A DNA stretch of 58,186 nucleotides, from assembly GCA_035255625.1 (NCBI GenBank), contig DATEZM010000448.1, positions 1 to 58,186 on the forward strand, given 5' to 3'. The stretch is from Rhizomicrobium sp. Lineage in GTDB: Bacteria; Pseudomonadota; Alphaproteobacteria; Micropepsales; Micropepsaceae. Under the pieces are notes generated by a model that was given only the letters and a program-made list of their open reading frames with translations, was not told the DNA's origin and did no database searches. Both the position numbers and the translations under genes were made by a program. Shown here in pieces: positions 37,301 to 44,711 of the stretch. Within the stretch, counting starts at the first letter, position 1, and each line of letters opens with the position of its first letter.

Positions 37301-37911
37301 TCGAGCACGCGCTGATGCAGGGCGACCTCCAAGCCACCGCCCGGTCGCTGCGGAGCGGCACTTCCTGGCAATGCCTTGCCCGGGATGTTCTTGGTCACGT
37401 CAAGCGACAGCCTTGCCTCGCCTGGAATGCGAACCCAATGCAGCCCCGTCGGCCGTTCAGGCTTCTTCTCGCTGCCGGTCTCGGCTTCTGGAAGCAGCAG
37501 TACATCCGGGAGCGGCGGCTCCGTTTTGTAGTCACCCCAAGTCACACGCAGGTCAACGGTGCGCACCTCTTCTGGGAGCATGACGGTAAGGCCGAGAGAC
37601 GACGGTAGATAACGATCTTTTGGAGGTTGGTCCGGCATCTCCTGCTCGTCGGCATCGCTATCGACAGGCGACTCCAGTGTCTCACTGGCCAAGAGATCGT
37701 CTTGCGCTCGTTCGGCAATCTCTTCTTCATCGGGAGCAGCGGCGCCAACGCCATCGAACGCGGGCACGATGAACCCGCCGACGTACCAGCGCGAGGGCTT
37801 CTCGGAGAGAACTTCGCGAGCCAGATCGGCGTCGGCCTCGGGATGAGGGCCAAACAGGTCACGTCGCAGCAGATCGACGAGCCCGGAGCGAACTTGCAGG
37901 GACGTTGTCAC
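34384..37911 (-). CDS. drmA: DISARM SF2 helicase DrmA
   Basis: WRPFQLAF, FPTGGGKTEAYL, RYTLRLLT, IIQDELHLISGPLG, ATNMISVGLD, EYIQATSRVGR; GTG start overlaps the PIN stop (GTGA). Confidence 0.95.
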   Translation of the reverse strand: MTTSLQVRSGLVDLLRRDLFGPHPEADADLAREVLSEKPSRWYVGGFIVPAFDGVGAAAPDEEEIAERAQDDLLASETLESPVDSDADEQEMPDQPPKDRYLPSSLGLTVMLPEEVRTVDLRVTWGDYKTEPPLPDVLLLPEAETGSEKKPERPTGLHWVRIPGEARLSLDVTKNIPGKALPGSAAPQRPGGGLEVALHQRVLEQTTPEGIVEKLRVVTVFLVNRRKRARAPYTDVAYAFQARIELACKPGFHARQDHSTYRSDDSDLRLADLHYRDVCEYAVGRNTSGGWDERVAEEAERLPVTKVWTEPMPTQEVEKVSPCPIPDVEFGMEALSELAQKGADDLASALAGLPAQYAAWRKSQESFLNGLAPRRRETALNLLSNVDKAHDRIQRGINLLKTDSMAREAFAIMNEAMAMAARRRLASIERKKLDEVKVYPWRPFQLAFILLNLVGLTDKLSPEREIVDLLFFPTGGGKTEAYLGLAAYTISMRRLGAAGVLGAGVSVIMRYTLRLLTLDQLSRAAGLICALEMIRTRDAGGIKALGTWPIEIGLWVGSGASPNRMKPRTGKTDPEAATTWLNRYKRDPKRNKSPVPLKACPWCGTPFTPDSFRIEPNRTAAHNLAIKCENAECDFTRDRSLPILVVDEPVYRRLPAFLIATVDKFAALPWVGQSGAFFGHVNRFDPVTGFYGAAEPGQGQPLDNGHELDPPDLIIQDELHLISGPLGTVAGLYEIAIDLLGSRQRSGQRIRAKIIASTATVRRAEGQIQRLFDRSATAIFPPPGVDRRNSFFARTVSASDEAARLYIGIASQGRGPKLLFLRTLQTVLAGAEALSELPAGNHHDPADPYLTVLAYFNALRELGGARRIVEGEVHEHVAKYGTERRRISPSDTPFANRSLRLPLELTSRVSTDDVAQAKENLGMPFKGVGGEAIEQSVDVALATNMISVGLDITRLGLMMVQGQPKTTAEYIQATSRVGRDSDRPGLVITLLNMHKPRDRTHYEHFRAYHSSFYRAVEASSITPFASRALDRALAGLLVASARHIESEMTPSGSVGELGGSVSVKTRVIEALRSRAIGMGVNARSTTRAVERAEELFTAWEDVVAQQSSGGSPFSYDEGSAQRRLLQIPLDPSTDNLSVEHKEFVAARSMRDVEYGSFLKVRDPFGNIIRGATDVE

Positions 37912-38423
37912 GGCCGCTTTCCTTCCAACTGGTCCAACTGCGCCAACGCCATTTCGAGCCACTTCTGCGTGTAGTTCGCGCGCAGTGCGATCTTAGCTTT
38001 GGAGCCAACATCGGTGAGGAGACGCTCCAGCGAAACCAGCCGGTCTTTGAACCCCAAACGGATACCAATCCGAAGGCTCGCCTTGTCCGGTCCACAGAGA
38101 ATCCACGCATCGGTGCGAGTGAGAGCGTGAGCCCACAACATAAGCTCGCCGGGGTCGAGAAAACGGACCTGATCATCGGCAATAATTGCGCGCGCTTTCT
38201 CTGCGTCGCTGACGGCATGAACCGCCTTCAACGTACTCCGCAGCACTTGGGGATCGATACGATCCTCGGGTCGCCGGTTCTGCGCGCCGGTTTGGGTTTC
38301 GATCTCGCACATCTGGACCGTTTCAACCCTGTATGCGCCGACAAAAGCTTTCCAGCTTGAGGTGCGCCAGCATTCGATGATGACGTTCGTATCGACCAAA
38401 ATCGGTCCTTGATGGCGAGCCAT
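37908..38423 (-). CDS. PIN-domain (VapC/DUF3368-like) putative RNase toxin
   Basis: ILVDTNVIIE...CEIE...LDPGE...ILCGPDKA acidic PIN motifs. Confidence 0.8.
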   Translation of the reverse strand: MARHQGPILVDTNVIIECWRTSSWKAFVGAYRVETVQMCEIETQTGAQNRRPEDRIDPQVLRSTLKAVHAVSDAEKARAIIADDQVRFLDPGELMLWAHALTRTDAWILCGPDKASLRIGIRLGFKDRLVSLERLLTDVGSKAKIALRANYTQKWLEMALAQLDQLEGKRP

Positions 38424-38430
38424 TGGCGCC

Positions 38431-39540
38431 TCACAGATCGAAGGGCGCTTCGACGCCGTGAACCGCGAACAACCCGCCAAGCTCCTCCATCGGGAGTCCG
38501 AGCAAGTACGACACTCTCCGAACTGCGACGCGACCTTCATCGATAGCGCGGGCGATTACTTCGACGAATGCCTTTGAAAGGAGCGGCGGAAGGGCCTCCT
38601 TGACCGCTTTGGCGCGACCGTTGTTTCGCAGTCGATCTTCTGGAAGTCGGCCAGCAATGATCTTTCCGATCCGGCCCATTGCCACGAGGCGCCAACGTAA
38701 CGCAGACGCCGTTACCAAGAGCGCATCGGCAGCTCTATTGATTTGCAACACCAACGCCTCGCCATCAAGCGAGGGCCAATCGGCGAGATCATCCACGATC
38801 TTCGCAGGCATCAGCACAGCGGAAGCGAAATTGTCCGCAAGTTGTTCGACGCGATTTCTCTTATTTGGCGCAACATCTTCCACATGCTCCGGTGGCATCG
38901 CGTCCCAAGTGAGGATGTGGAAGAGTTCATGCGCGAGATCGAAGTGGCGCCGACCGACTACTTCACGCCGGTTTATCAGCACAACGTCGAGGTCCGGTAG
39001 ACGGCACGCTGCGCCCGAAACACCCTCGATGGGATCGACCATCAGCACCAAATGATGCAGATGCCGTTCCATAACTTCAGCGAGGCGACTTGCAGGAACA
39101 TTTCCCAGTTTGCATTCGACCACGAAGCGCTCGCCTGCTTCCGTTGCGGCCTCGAAATCGGATCGTTCGGTGAGCGTCAAAGCGGGCCGAAACAAAGGCC
39201 TTTCGCGTCCCACCTGTGGAGCAAGCTCGCGGAACGCTGCGATCAGGCGGCCTGCATCGACTTCATAGTCGTTCAGCGCCTTGCCGATGACGCCGTTCTG
39301 TCGCCAGGAAAACCGACCTTCGCCGGCGAGCAAGAAGGGATCGGTGAAGTATTCGAGTGGCGTACCGAACAGCTCCACCGCGCGGAGCAGCTCGTCGGCC
39401 GTTACTCGGCGCTCGCCTGTTTCGATGGCCGAGAGGGTCTGGCGATCCCTGAAGCCAAAGCCGCGCGCGACTTCGTCCTGTGAGAGATTTCCCTTCTCTC
39501 GCAATGCCTTAATCCGAATTCCAATGGTCGCAGCGGACAT
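38431..39540 (-). CDS. XRE HTH + ImmA/IrrE (COG2856/M78) metallopeptidase + C-terminal helical domain
   Basis: IGIRIKALRE..LSQDEVA...TLSAIETGERR HTH; RRHFDLAHELFH HExxH; EQLADNFASAVLMP; AAGGAGG RBS. Confidence 0.93.
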   Translation of the reverse strand: MSAATIGIRIKALREKGNLSQDEVARGFGFRDRQTLSAIETGERRVTADELLRAVELFGTPLEYFTDPFLLAGEGRFSWRQNGVIGKALNDYEVDAGRLIAAFRELAPQVGRERPLFRPALTLTERSDFEAATEAGERFVVECKLGNVPASRLAEVMERHLHHLVLMVDPIEGVSGAACRLPDLDVVLINRREVVGRRHFDLAHELFHILTWDAMPPEHVEDVAPNKRNRVEQLADNFASAVLMPAKIVDDLADWPSLDGEALVLQINRAADALLVTASALRWRLVAMGRIGKIIAGRLPEDRLRNNGRAKAVKEALPPLLSKAFVEVIARAIDEGRVAVRRVSYLLGLPMEELGGLFAVHGVEAPFDL

Positions 39541-39569
39541 GCAGAGCCTCCTTCGGGAGACTATCTACC

Positions 39570-39602
39570 CTTGCAAAATACGTTTTGCAAGAAATTCTTG
39601 CA
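39570..39602. promoter_or_regulatory. Overlapping palindromic operators upstream of the XRE-peptidase gene
   Basis: CTTGCAAAA-TACG-TTTTGCAAG (39570-39591) and TGCAAGAA-A-TTCTTGCA (39586-39602). Confidence 0.75.
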
Positions 39603-39643
39603 TTGTATCTACTTGGCATCGAGATTCAGCCGCGCTCATATTC

Positions 39644-40699
39644 TCAGCGAATCCCTGGAATTGCAGTCAGTCTGGCCGCCTTGCGCTCTTCGAATTGTAA
39701 CTGGAGGTGCCCATCGAGGGTCCACCAGGAGCTATCAGCCAGCGTTCGTCCCCGCACCAGCACGAACTCGCGGATTAGAGGCCTTACGAGTGCGTCAGTT
39801 ACTATAGCGATCCTGTAATGCGCTTTCGGATTCCGCTCGCCGTGATAGTGGCGCAAACAATTGAACTCGTTGACCGACAGCTCCGCAGCCACCTCGTTGC
39901 CGGAACGACCTTTGACTTCGACATGCAATATTTCGTCAGCGTGAGACGCAACCAGGTCGTAGCCCAGGTTGTCGTTCTCTACCGACTCCACGGTGTATCC
40001 TAAACCTTCCAAATGTAGGCCTACAGCTTTCACGGCAGCCACCTCGACTTGCCGGCGCTTCTCTACATCAGCCTGCCAACCTGAACGTCCCTTATTCCCC
40101 CTTTGGGCTTGCGCATTGACGGCCGATAACCTTCGCACATCGATAGCCCGCAAAATCTCGTTGAGCCGCATGAGCGCCTGTGATTTCGGCTTTGGATAGA
40201 AAACCTTTTGTTGTCCAGGCCAAGACTCGCCTCCGCGCGATTGACCTTGCGACACGAAGATCGGCCTAGCATCTGGCTGTAGCAGTATGCAGTTCTTCGT
40301 TTCTGCCACACAACGATAGCCAGCAATCTCTTTCCCAATCTTTCGACGGTGCACCAGCTTGCCGTGCGACTCTTGATCATTTCGATAGACCGTCGCGTCG
40401 CGCCAGATGCCGACCACAGCCCGCCCGCCTTGCTCCGGGTGTGGAGCGGTCCACACTACAGTCACGCCCTCCAAGACATCGGTCCGTCTTGGAACGGCGA
40501 AGTGATTTTCGAAATGCAGCGTACCCGTCGGTGGCACATAGCCATAGTAACGGCCACCTATATTGCGGAAGTTGTACATCTCATGGCCGTAGCCGTGCTC
40601 AGCGGCAAACTTGAATCCGCCGGCGCTCAAGCTGCCGCGATCACCATCGTATTGGGCCATCCACGCCGTATGAAAGACAATGATGTTAGCCATCATCAT
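39644..40699 (-). CDS. DUF3883 (PD-(D/E)XK) domain protein with uncharacterised N-terminal domain
   Basis: C-terminal VEVAAVKAV...GYTVESVENDNLGYDL...HVEVKG...LSVNE; overlaps the drmMI stop. Confidence 0.88.
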   Translation of the reverse strand: MMMANIIVFHTAWMAQYDGDRGSLSAGGFKFAAEHGYGHEMYNFRNIGGRYYGYVPPTGTLHFENHFAVPRRTDVLEGVTVVWTAPHPEQGGRAVVGIWRDATVYRNDQESHGKLVHRRKIGKEIAGYRCVAETKNCILLQPDARPIFVSQGQSRGGESWPGQQKVFYPKPKSQALMRLNEILRAIDVRRLSAVNAQAQRGNKGRSGWQADVEKRRQVEVAAVKAVGLHLEGLGYTVESVENDNLGYDLVASHADEILHVEVKGRSGNEVAAELSVNEFNCLRHYHGERNPKAHYRIAIVTDALVRPLIREFVLVRGRTLADSSWWTLDGHLQLQFEERKAARLTAIPGIR

Positions 40700-43600
40700 C
40701 CGCCAGGTCGGCTAATTCTTCATCTTCTCCGACATCGCGCAAAAGCTTGTCACCTGGCTTCACAAGACCGAGGCGGACTTCTTCCTCGTGGCGTTCGGCG
40801 TTGAGTTTCAGGAGGCGGGCGAGGACCTCGTCGCGGAGGTCGGAGGGCCAGAAGAAGCGGCCCTGATAGGTGTGGTCGTCTTCGGTTTCGGCGTTGAGGA
40901 AGCGCGGCTCCGCCCGCTCCGCCAGATCGTTCCAGCCATACGCGCGCAGCACGGCGCGATCCATCTCCGCATGCAGCTCCCGCAGCCGCACGATGTCAGG
41001 CGCGTGCTCGTTCACATCGTGGAACCGGTTGTAGGTTTTGGTCATGCCTTCGTTGCGCGCAATCATCAGCTCGGCGCGGTGGCTGTGATAGGCTCGCCCT
41101 GTGGTTCCCAGTTCGGGCGAAATCTCGAAGTCATTTGGTAGCGCAAAGGTTTGGAAGGAATCGGATGGAGTGTAGCTGAGATCGTCCTTCATTGTTGACG
41201 CGAAAAAGCGCGCCCAAATCTCGTGCGCACGAGACTGTATCAAGCAAAGGACAGCGTCCAATTCTGTCGCAACGACAACCAGTTTCTGATCGAACACTTG
41301 CTTCGAAGGAAGCCAGGACACTGCCAAGTGCGGTGATGTCTGCGTTATTGCGAGCACTTGCTGCAATTCTTCAATTGCCTTGTACAGTCCCGGTTGCCGA
41401 TCGCCAAATCGCCACCACCGCTTCCTTCTAGCAGGACGGTTATCTTGATCGCGCTGCGGTTTAACAAGTCTCTTTACAATGGAAAGTAGGTCGGGCCAGT
41501 CGGCAGCAACCCAGCCAGGATAGTCAGGCGGCACAATACCCTCTCTAGTGCAAACGAGACGTTCCTCTTCATTCATCGCAGTCCATCGCCGTCCCGATTG
41601 CTGGCGCTCTAGGGGTGCCGATGCAAAATCAATGATGTAGCGACGGTTCAAATGGCGTGGATCGTTGCTGAATTCCTCCCCGCCAATGTACGGAAAGATG
41701 CGATCCCCATTGCGTGGATTGGCGCGAACGAGGCTTTCCATATCTTTGAGCGAGAGGGACTTCCCCTTAGACGCCATCTCATCATCAAAGGTGAAGCCCG
41801 CACCGAGAATAACCGAACCTTTGAATGCGACCTTCAAATTTGCGAGGAGTCGGTTAGGGGAAGCGTCGAAGTCCCCGTCAACGAGATACGCCGAAATGCG
41901 GTTCACTGACCGATGGTCGACGATGAGCCGATTAGCCTCACCCTTCGCAACGTGGACAACACATACCACTACGGCTGCTTCACCAGGCCACCGTATACGA
42001 CGGTTGACCCGGAATATCGTCCCGCCGGTGGCTATGATGGCACGGAGCCCAGTTTCGCGCGTATCGCCTTGGCGAATAGTCTTCGTCGCGAGCAGGCCAA
42101 AAACGCCGTCTTGTCGCAGCAGATTAAAGGCCCGCCGAAAGAAATGCGAAACCACATCAGCATTTCCGTGGGCGTTCTGATGTAAGGTCTGCAGCCAGTC
42201 GATAAATCCCGTTCTATTGCCTTTGCTCGTTGTGACCATTCCACCAAATGGAGGATTACCCACGATCGCATCGAAGCCACCGTTGTCTCGTGCGAACACC
42301 TCCGGAAACTCCAGCTCCCAATGGAACGGGCTGACCGGATGCTCGCCGACCTTCAGCGTAGCGGCAATGGCCTCGATCTTGTCCCAGTGGGCGGGGCCGC
42401 CGCCGGCGAGGATGCTTTCGACTTCGGCGCGCCTTTTCTCGCGCTCCCTTGGTTTGTCCGATGAAAAGAACGCCGCAACGATGGCGTCGCCGTAGACGCG
42501 CGGCTGTTTCAGCCGGTCTTCGATTACCTTGTGACGCGCCTCCTGGATGGCGCGCTTCACGTCGTCGGATGCAAACTGGATTTCGCGGCGGCCGGCCACG
42601 ACCTCGTTCACGCGGTCGCGCACCAATCCGCTTAGCAACGGCAAGCCCTGTCTGGACATGTCCCAATTGACGGCCTGAATCTGCGCCCGGGTCAGACCTA
42701 CCAGGCTGTCGCCGCTCTTGATGGCGTGGTCGAGGAAGGTGAACTCGTGCTCGCGCGCCAGCGTTGCCAGCCAGAGCGACAGGCGCGCCAGGTCGACCGC
42801 CATCGGGTTCTTGTCCACGCCGTACAGGCAGCGCTGCGCCACCAGGCGGGAAGCATGAATGTCGTCGTCTTCGTCCGATGGGATAGCGGGTTTGAGTGCA
42901 GGATAACGCGCCCAAGCCTTTTGCAAGCGTTGGCCGAGCTGACGACTGGCCTCGACCAGGAAGGCGCCGGAGCCGCAGGCAGGATCGCAGACCTTGATCT
43001 CCAGCACCTGGTCGGGTGTTGCGGTCTCTCCGAGGCGCTCAAATACGGACTCCAACGCATGACGGACAATCGGTTCGGTCAGCGAACGTGGGGTGTAGTG
43101 GCTGCCGGAGCGGCGGCGCTCATCCGTCGGCTGAAGGACTGGTGCACCCTCCTGAGATATATGGCCGCCGGGCGAGCCGCGCTCATCTCTGATCTCCAGC
43201 AGCGCCGCTTTCAACTCGTCGATACCGTTGGCTTTCTTGATCGTCTCCAGCCGCTTGCCCGATGGCTCGACATCGACCTCCTTGAGCAATTTCTGACGAT
43301 TAGCACCTTTCGCCAACGCCAAAGCTTCGATTTCCACAAAGACAGGAAGTCTCTTCTTGCTCCGAACTGCCATCATTGGCCCAGGCGCACGTATTACGGT
43401 GAAGCCCATCACCGTTTCATAGACCGAGCCGATCTGCTCCACATCCAGCGAACGATAGGAGAGGCGCTCGCGCACCTTCTCGCCGGAGATCGCTTTCGCC
43501 TCTAGGGTCATCAGTCCTTCGAGGACGCGCAGGATGGCGCCGTCGCGGATGGGCAGAACCCTGGCTTCCTTGAGCGGCTGATCGGGATCGCGGCCCTCAA

Positions 43601-44711
43601 CGAAGGCGAATTCATTCGGATCGAACAGCTTCCCACCGCGCGGCGTGATCCAGCCCGAACGATGACCGCCATGCAACAGCCGGAACAGCGCCAGGAGCTG
43701 GCCCCAGCCGCCCTGGCGCTCATCCATGGTATCGGGGTTGAGCGCCCGATCTCGAACCAGCCGGACGTAGAGCCCTCGCACAGAATAGCTCTGCTCGTAA
43801 ATCTCCACGCCCTCGGTTGTGCGGCGGGTCGGCATCAACTCGCGATCTTCCGCATAGAGCAGGAAGACGAGCCGCATCAGCGTGGTGAGCAGCCCTTCGT
43901 AAAGATGATGCGGATTGGAAGCTACCAGGCGTTCGATGCGCTCAGGGTCCGCCGCGTGAAACGCTCTCAGCAGTTCATGCAGCGCGCCGAGCACCTGCTC
44001 TGCGAGTTCGGCGGAGACCTTGTTCTGCGCTTCGCGCGACCGCGCGAGCAGCTTCGGCAGACGGCGATTCTCCGGCTCGGTGAACAGCCGCGCATGGCCC
44101 AGGAGCAGCTTGAGACCGCCGAGCATGGGCCGACCGGCAACGGCAGCAAGACTACGGATCGGGAAGGACTGCCAACCCGAGGTTTCGCCGCGCGGGGCAT
44201 AGACTATGCGAATGTGATCGCGATCCACCAGCACGCCGATGGTCACGCCGATTTCACGCAGGAGGCGCTCAAGCTGTTGGTGCGGCGTGGCTTCCCACCC
44301 GGCAAGCGCGCCACGCTGGTCTGCGTCCTCATTCGGATGAAACTTCACCAGGATTTGGAAGCCGTCGGCCGCTCCCAGATCGCACACGGCCCAGTCCGGC
44401 GACAGCACGACCTCATGCTCGGGTATTGAGACGGTGAGCGTCGCGGGCAGCTCCGGTCCGCCCGGTACACCGGCGATGTACTTGGCTTCCCAACCTAAGA
44501 TCTTGGCGAAGAACGCCCAATGATCAGCAAGCGCCGAACCCTCTTCCGAGTCACGCAACAGCGCCGCCACAGCAGCATTGTCCACGGCCGATTGCGGCGG
44601 TGGAATCAGGCCCTCTTCCCGGATGATGTTTGGCCCGAGCACAAGTCCGACAGGCGGCGCGTGATAGAGCCACTCGGTCTGCGGATCGGCGGTTTCGATC
44701 AGGCCGGTCAT
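40686..44711 (-). CDS. drmMI: DISARM class I adenine methyltransferase DrmMI (Eco57I/type IIG-like)
   Basis: RLVFLLYAE, VEQIGSVYE, GSHYTP, motif I DPACGSGAFL, FHWELEFPEVF, motif IV NPPF; ATGA overlap with the drmD stop. Confidence 0.93.
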   Translation of the reverse strand: MTGLIETADPQTEWLYHAPPVGLVLGPNIIREEGLIPPPQSAVDNAAVAALLRDSEEGSALADHWAFFAKILGWEAKYIAGVPGGPELPATLTVSIPEHEVVLSPDWAVCDLGAADGFQILVKFHPNEDADQRGALAGWEATPHQQLERLLREIGVTIGVLVDRDHIRIVYAPRGETSGWQSFPIRSLAAVAGRPMLGGLKLLLGHARLFTEPENRRLPKLLARSREAQNKVSAELAEQVLGALHELLRAFHAADPERIERLVASNPHHLYEGLLTTLMRLVFLLYAEDRELMPTRRTTEGVEIYEQSYSVRGLYVRLVRDRALNPDTMDERQGGWGQLLALFRLLHGGHRSGWITPRGGKLFDPNEFAFVEGRDPDQPLKEARVLPIRDGAILRVLEGLMTLEAKAISGEKVRERLSYRSLDVEQIGSVYETVMGFTVIRAPGPMMAVRSKKRLPVFVEIEALALAKGANRQKLLKEVDVEPSGKRLETIKKANGIDELKAALLEIRDERGSPGGHISQEGAPVLQPTDERRRSGSHYTPRSLTEPIVRHALESVFERLGETATPDQVLEIKVCDPACGSGAFLVEASRQLGQRLQKAWARYPALKPAIPSDEDDDIHASRLVAQRCLYGVDKNPMAVDLARLSLWLATLAREHEFTFLDHAIKSGDSLVGLTRAQIQAVNWDMSRQGLPLLSGLVRDRVNEVVAGRREIQFASDDVKRAIQEARHKVIEDRLKQPRVYGDAIVAAFFSSDKPREREKRRAEVESILAGGGPAHWDKIEAIAATLKVGEHPVSPFHWELEFPEVFARDNGGFDAIVGNPPFGGMVTTSKGNRTGFIDWLQTLHQNAHGNADVVSHFFRRAFNLLRQDGVFGLLATKTIRQGDTRETGLRAIIATGGTIFRVNRRIRWPGEAAVVVCVVHVAKGEANRLIVDHRSVNRISAYLVDGDFDASPNRLLANLKVAFKGSVILGAGFTFDDEMASKGKSLSLKDMESLVRANPRNGDRIFPYIGGEEFSNDPRHLNRRYIIDFASAPLERQQSGRRWTAMNEEERLVCTREGIVPPDYPGWVAADWPDLLSIVKRLVKPQRDQDNRPARRKRWWRFGDRQPGLYKAIEELQQVLAITQTSPHLAVSWLPSKQVFDQKLVVVATELDAVLCLIQSRAHEIWARFFASTMKDDLSYTPSDSFQTFALPNDFEISPELGTTGRAYHSHRAELMIARNEGMTKTYNRFHDVNEHAPDIVRLRELHAEMDRAVLRAYGWNDLAERAEPRFLNAETEDDHTYQGRFFWPSDLRDEVLARLLKLNAERHEEEVRLGLVKPGDKLLRDVGEDEELADLADDDG

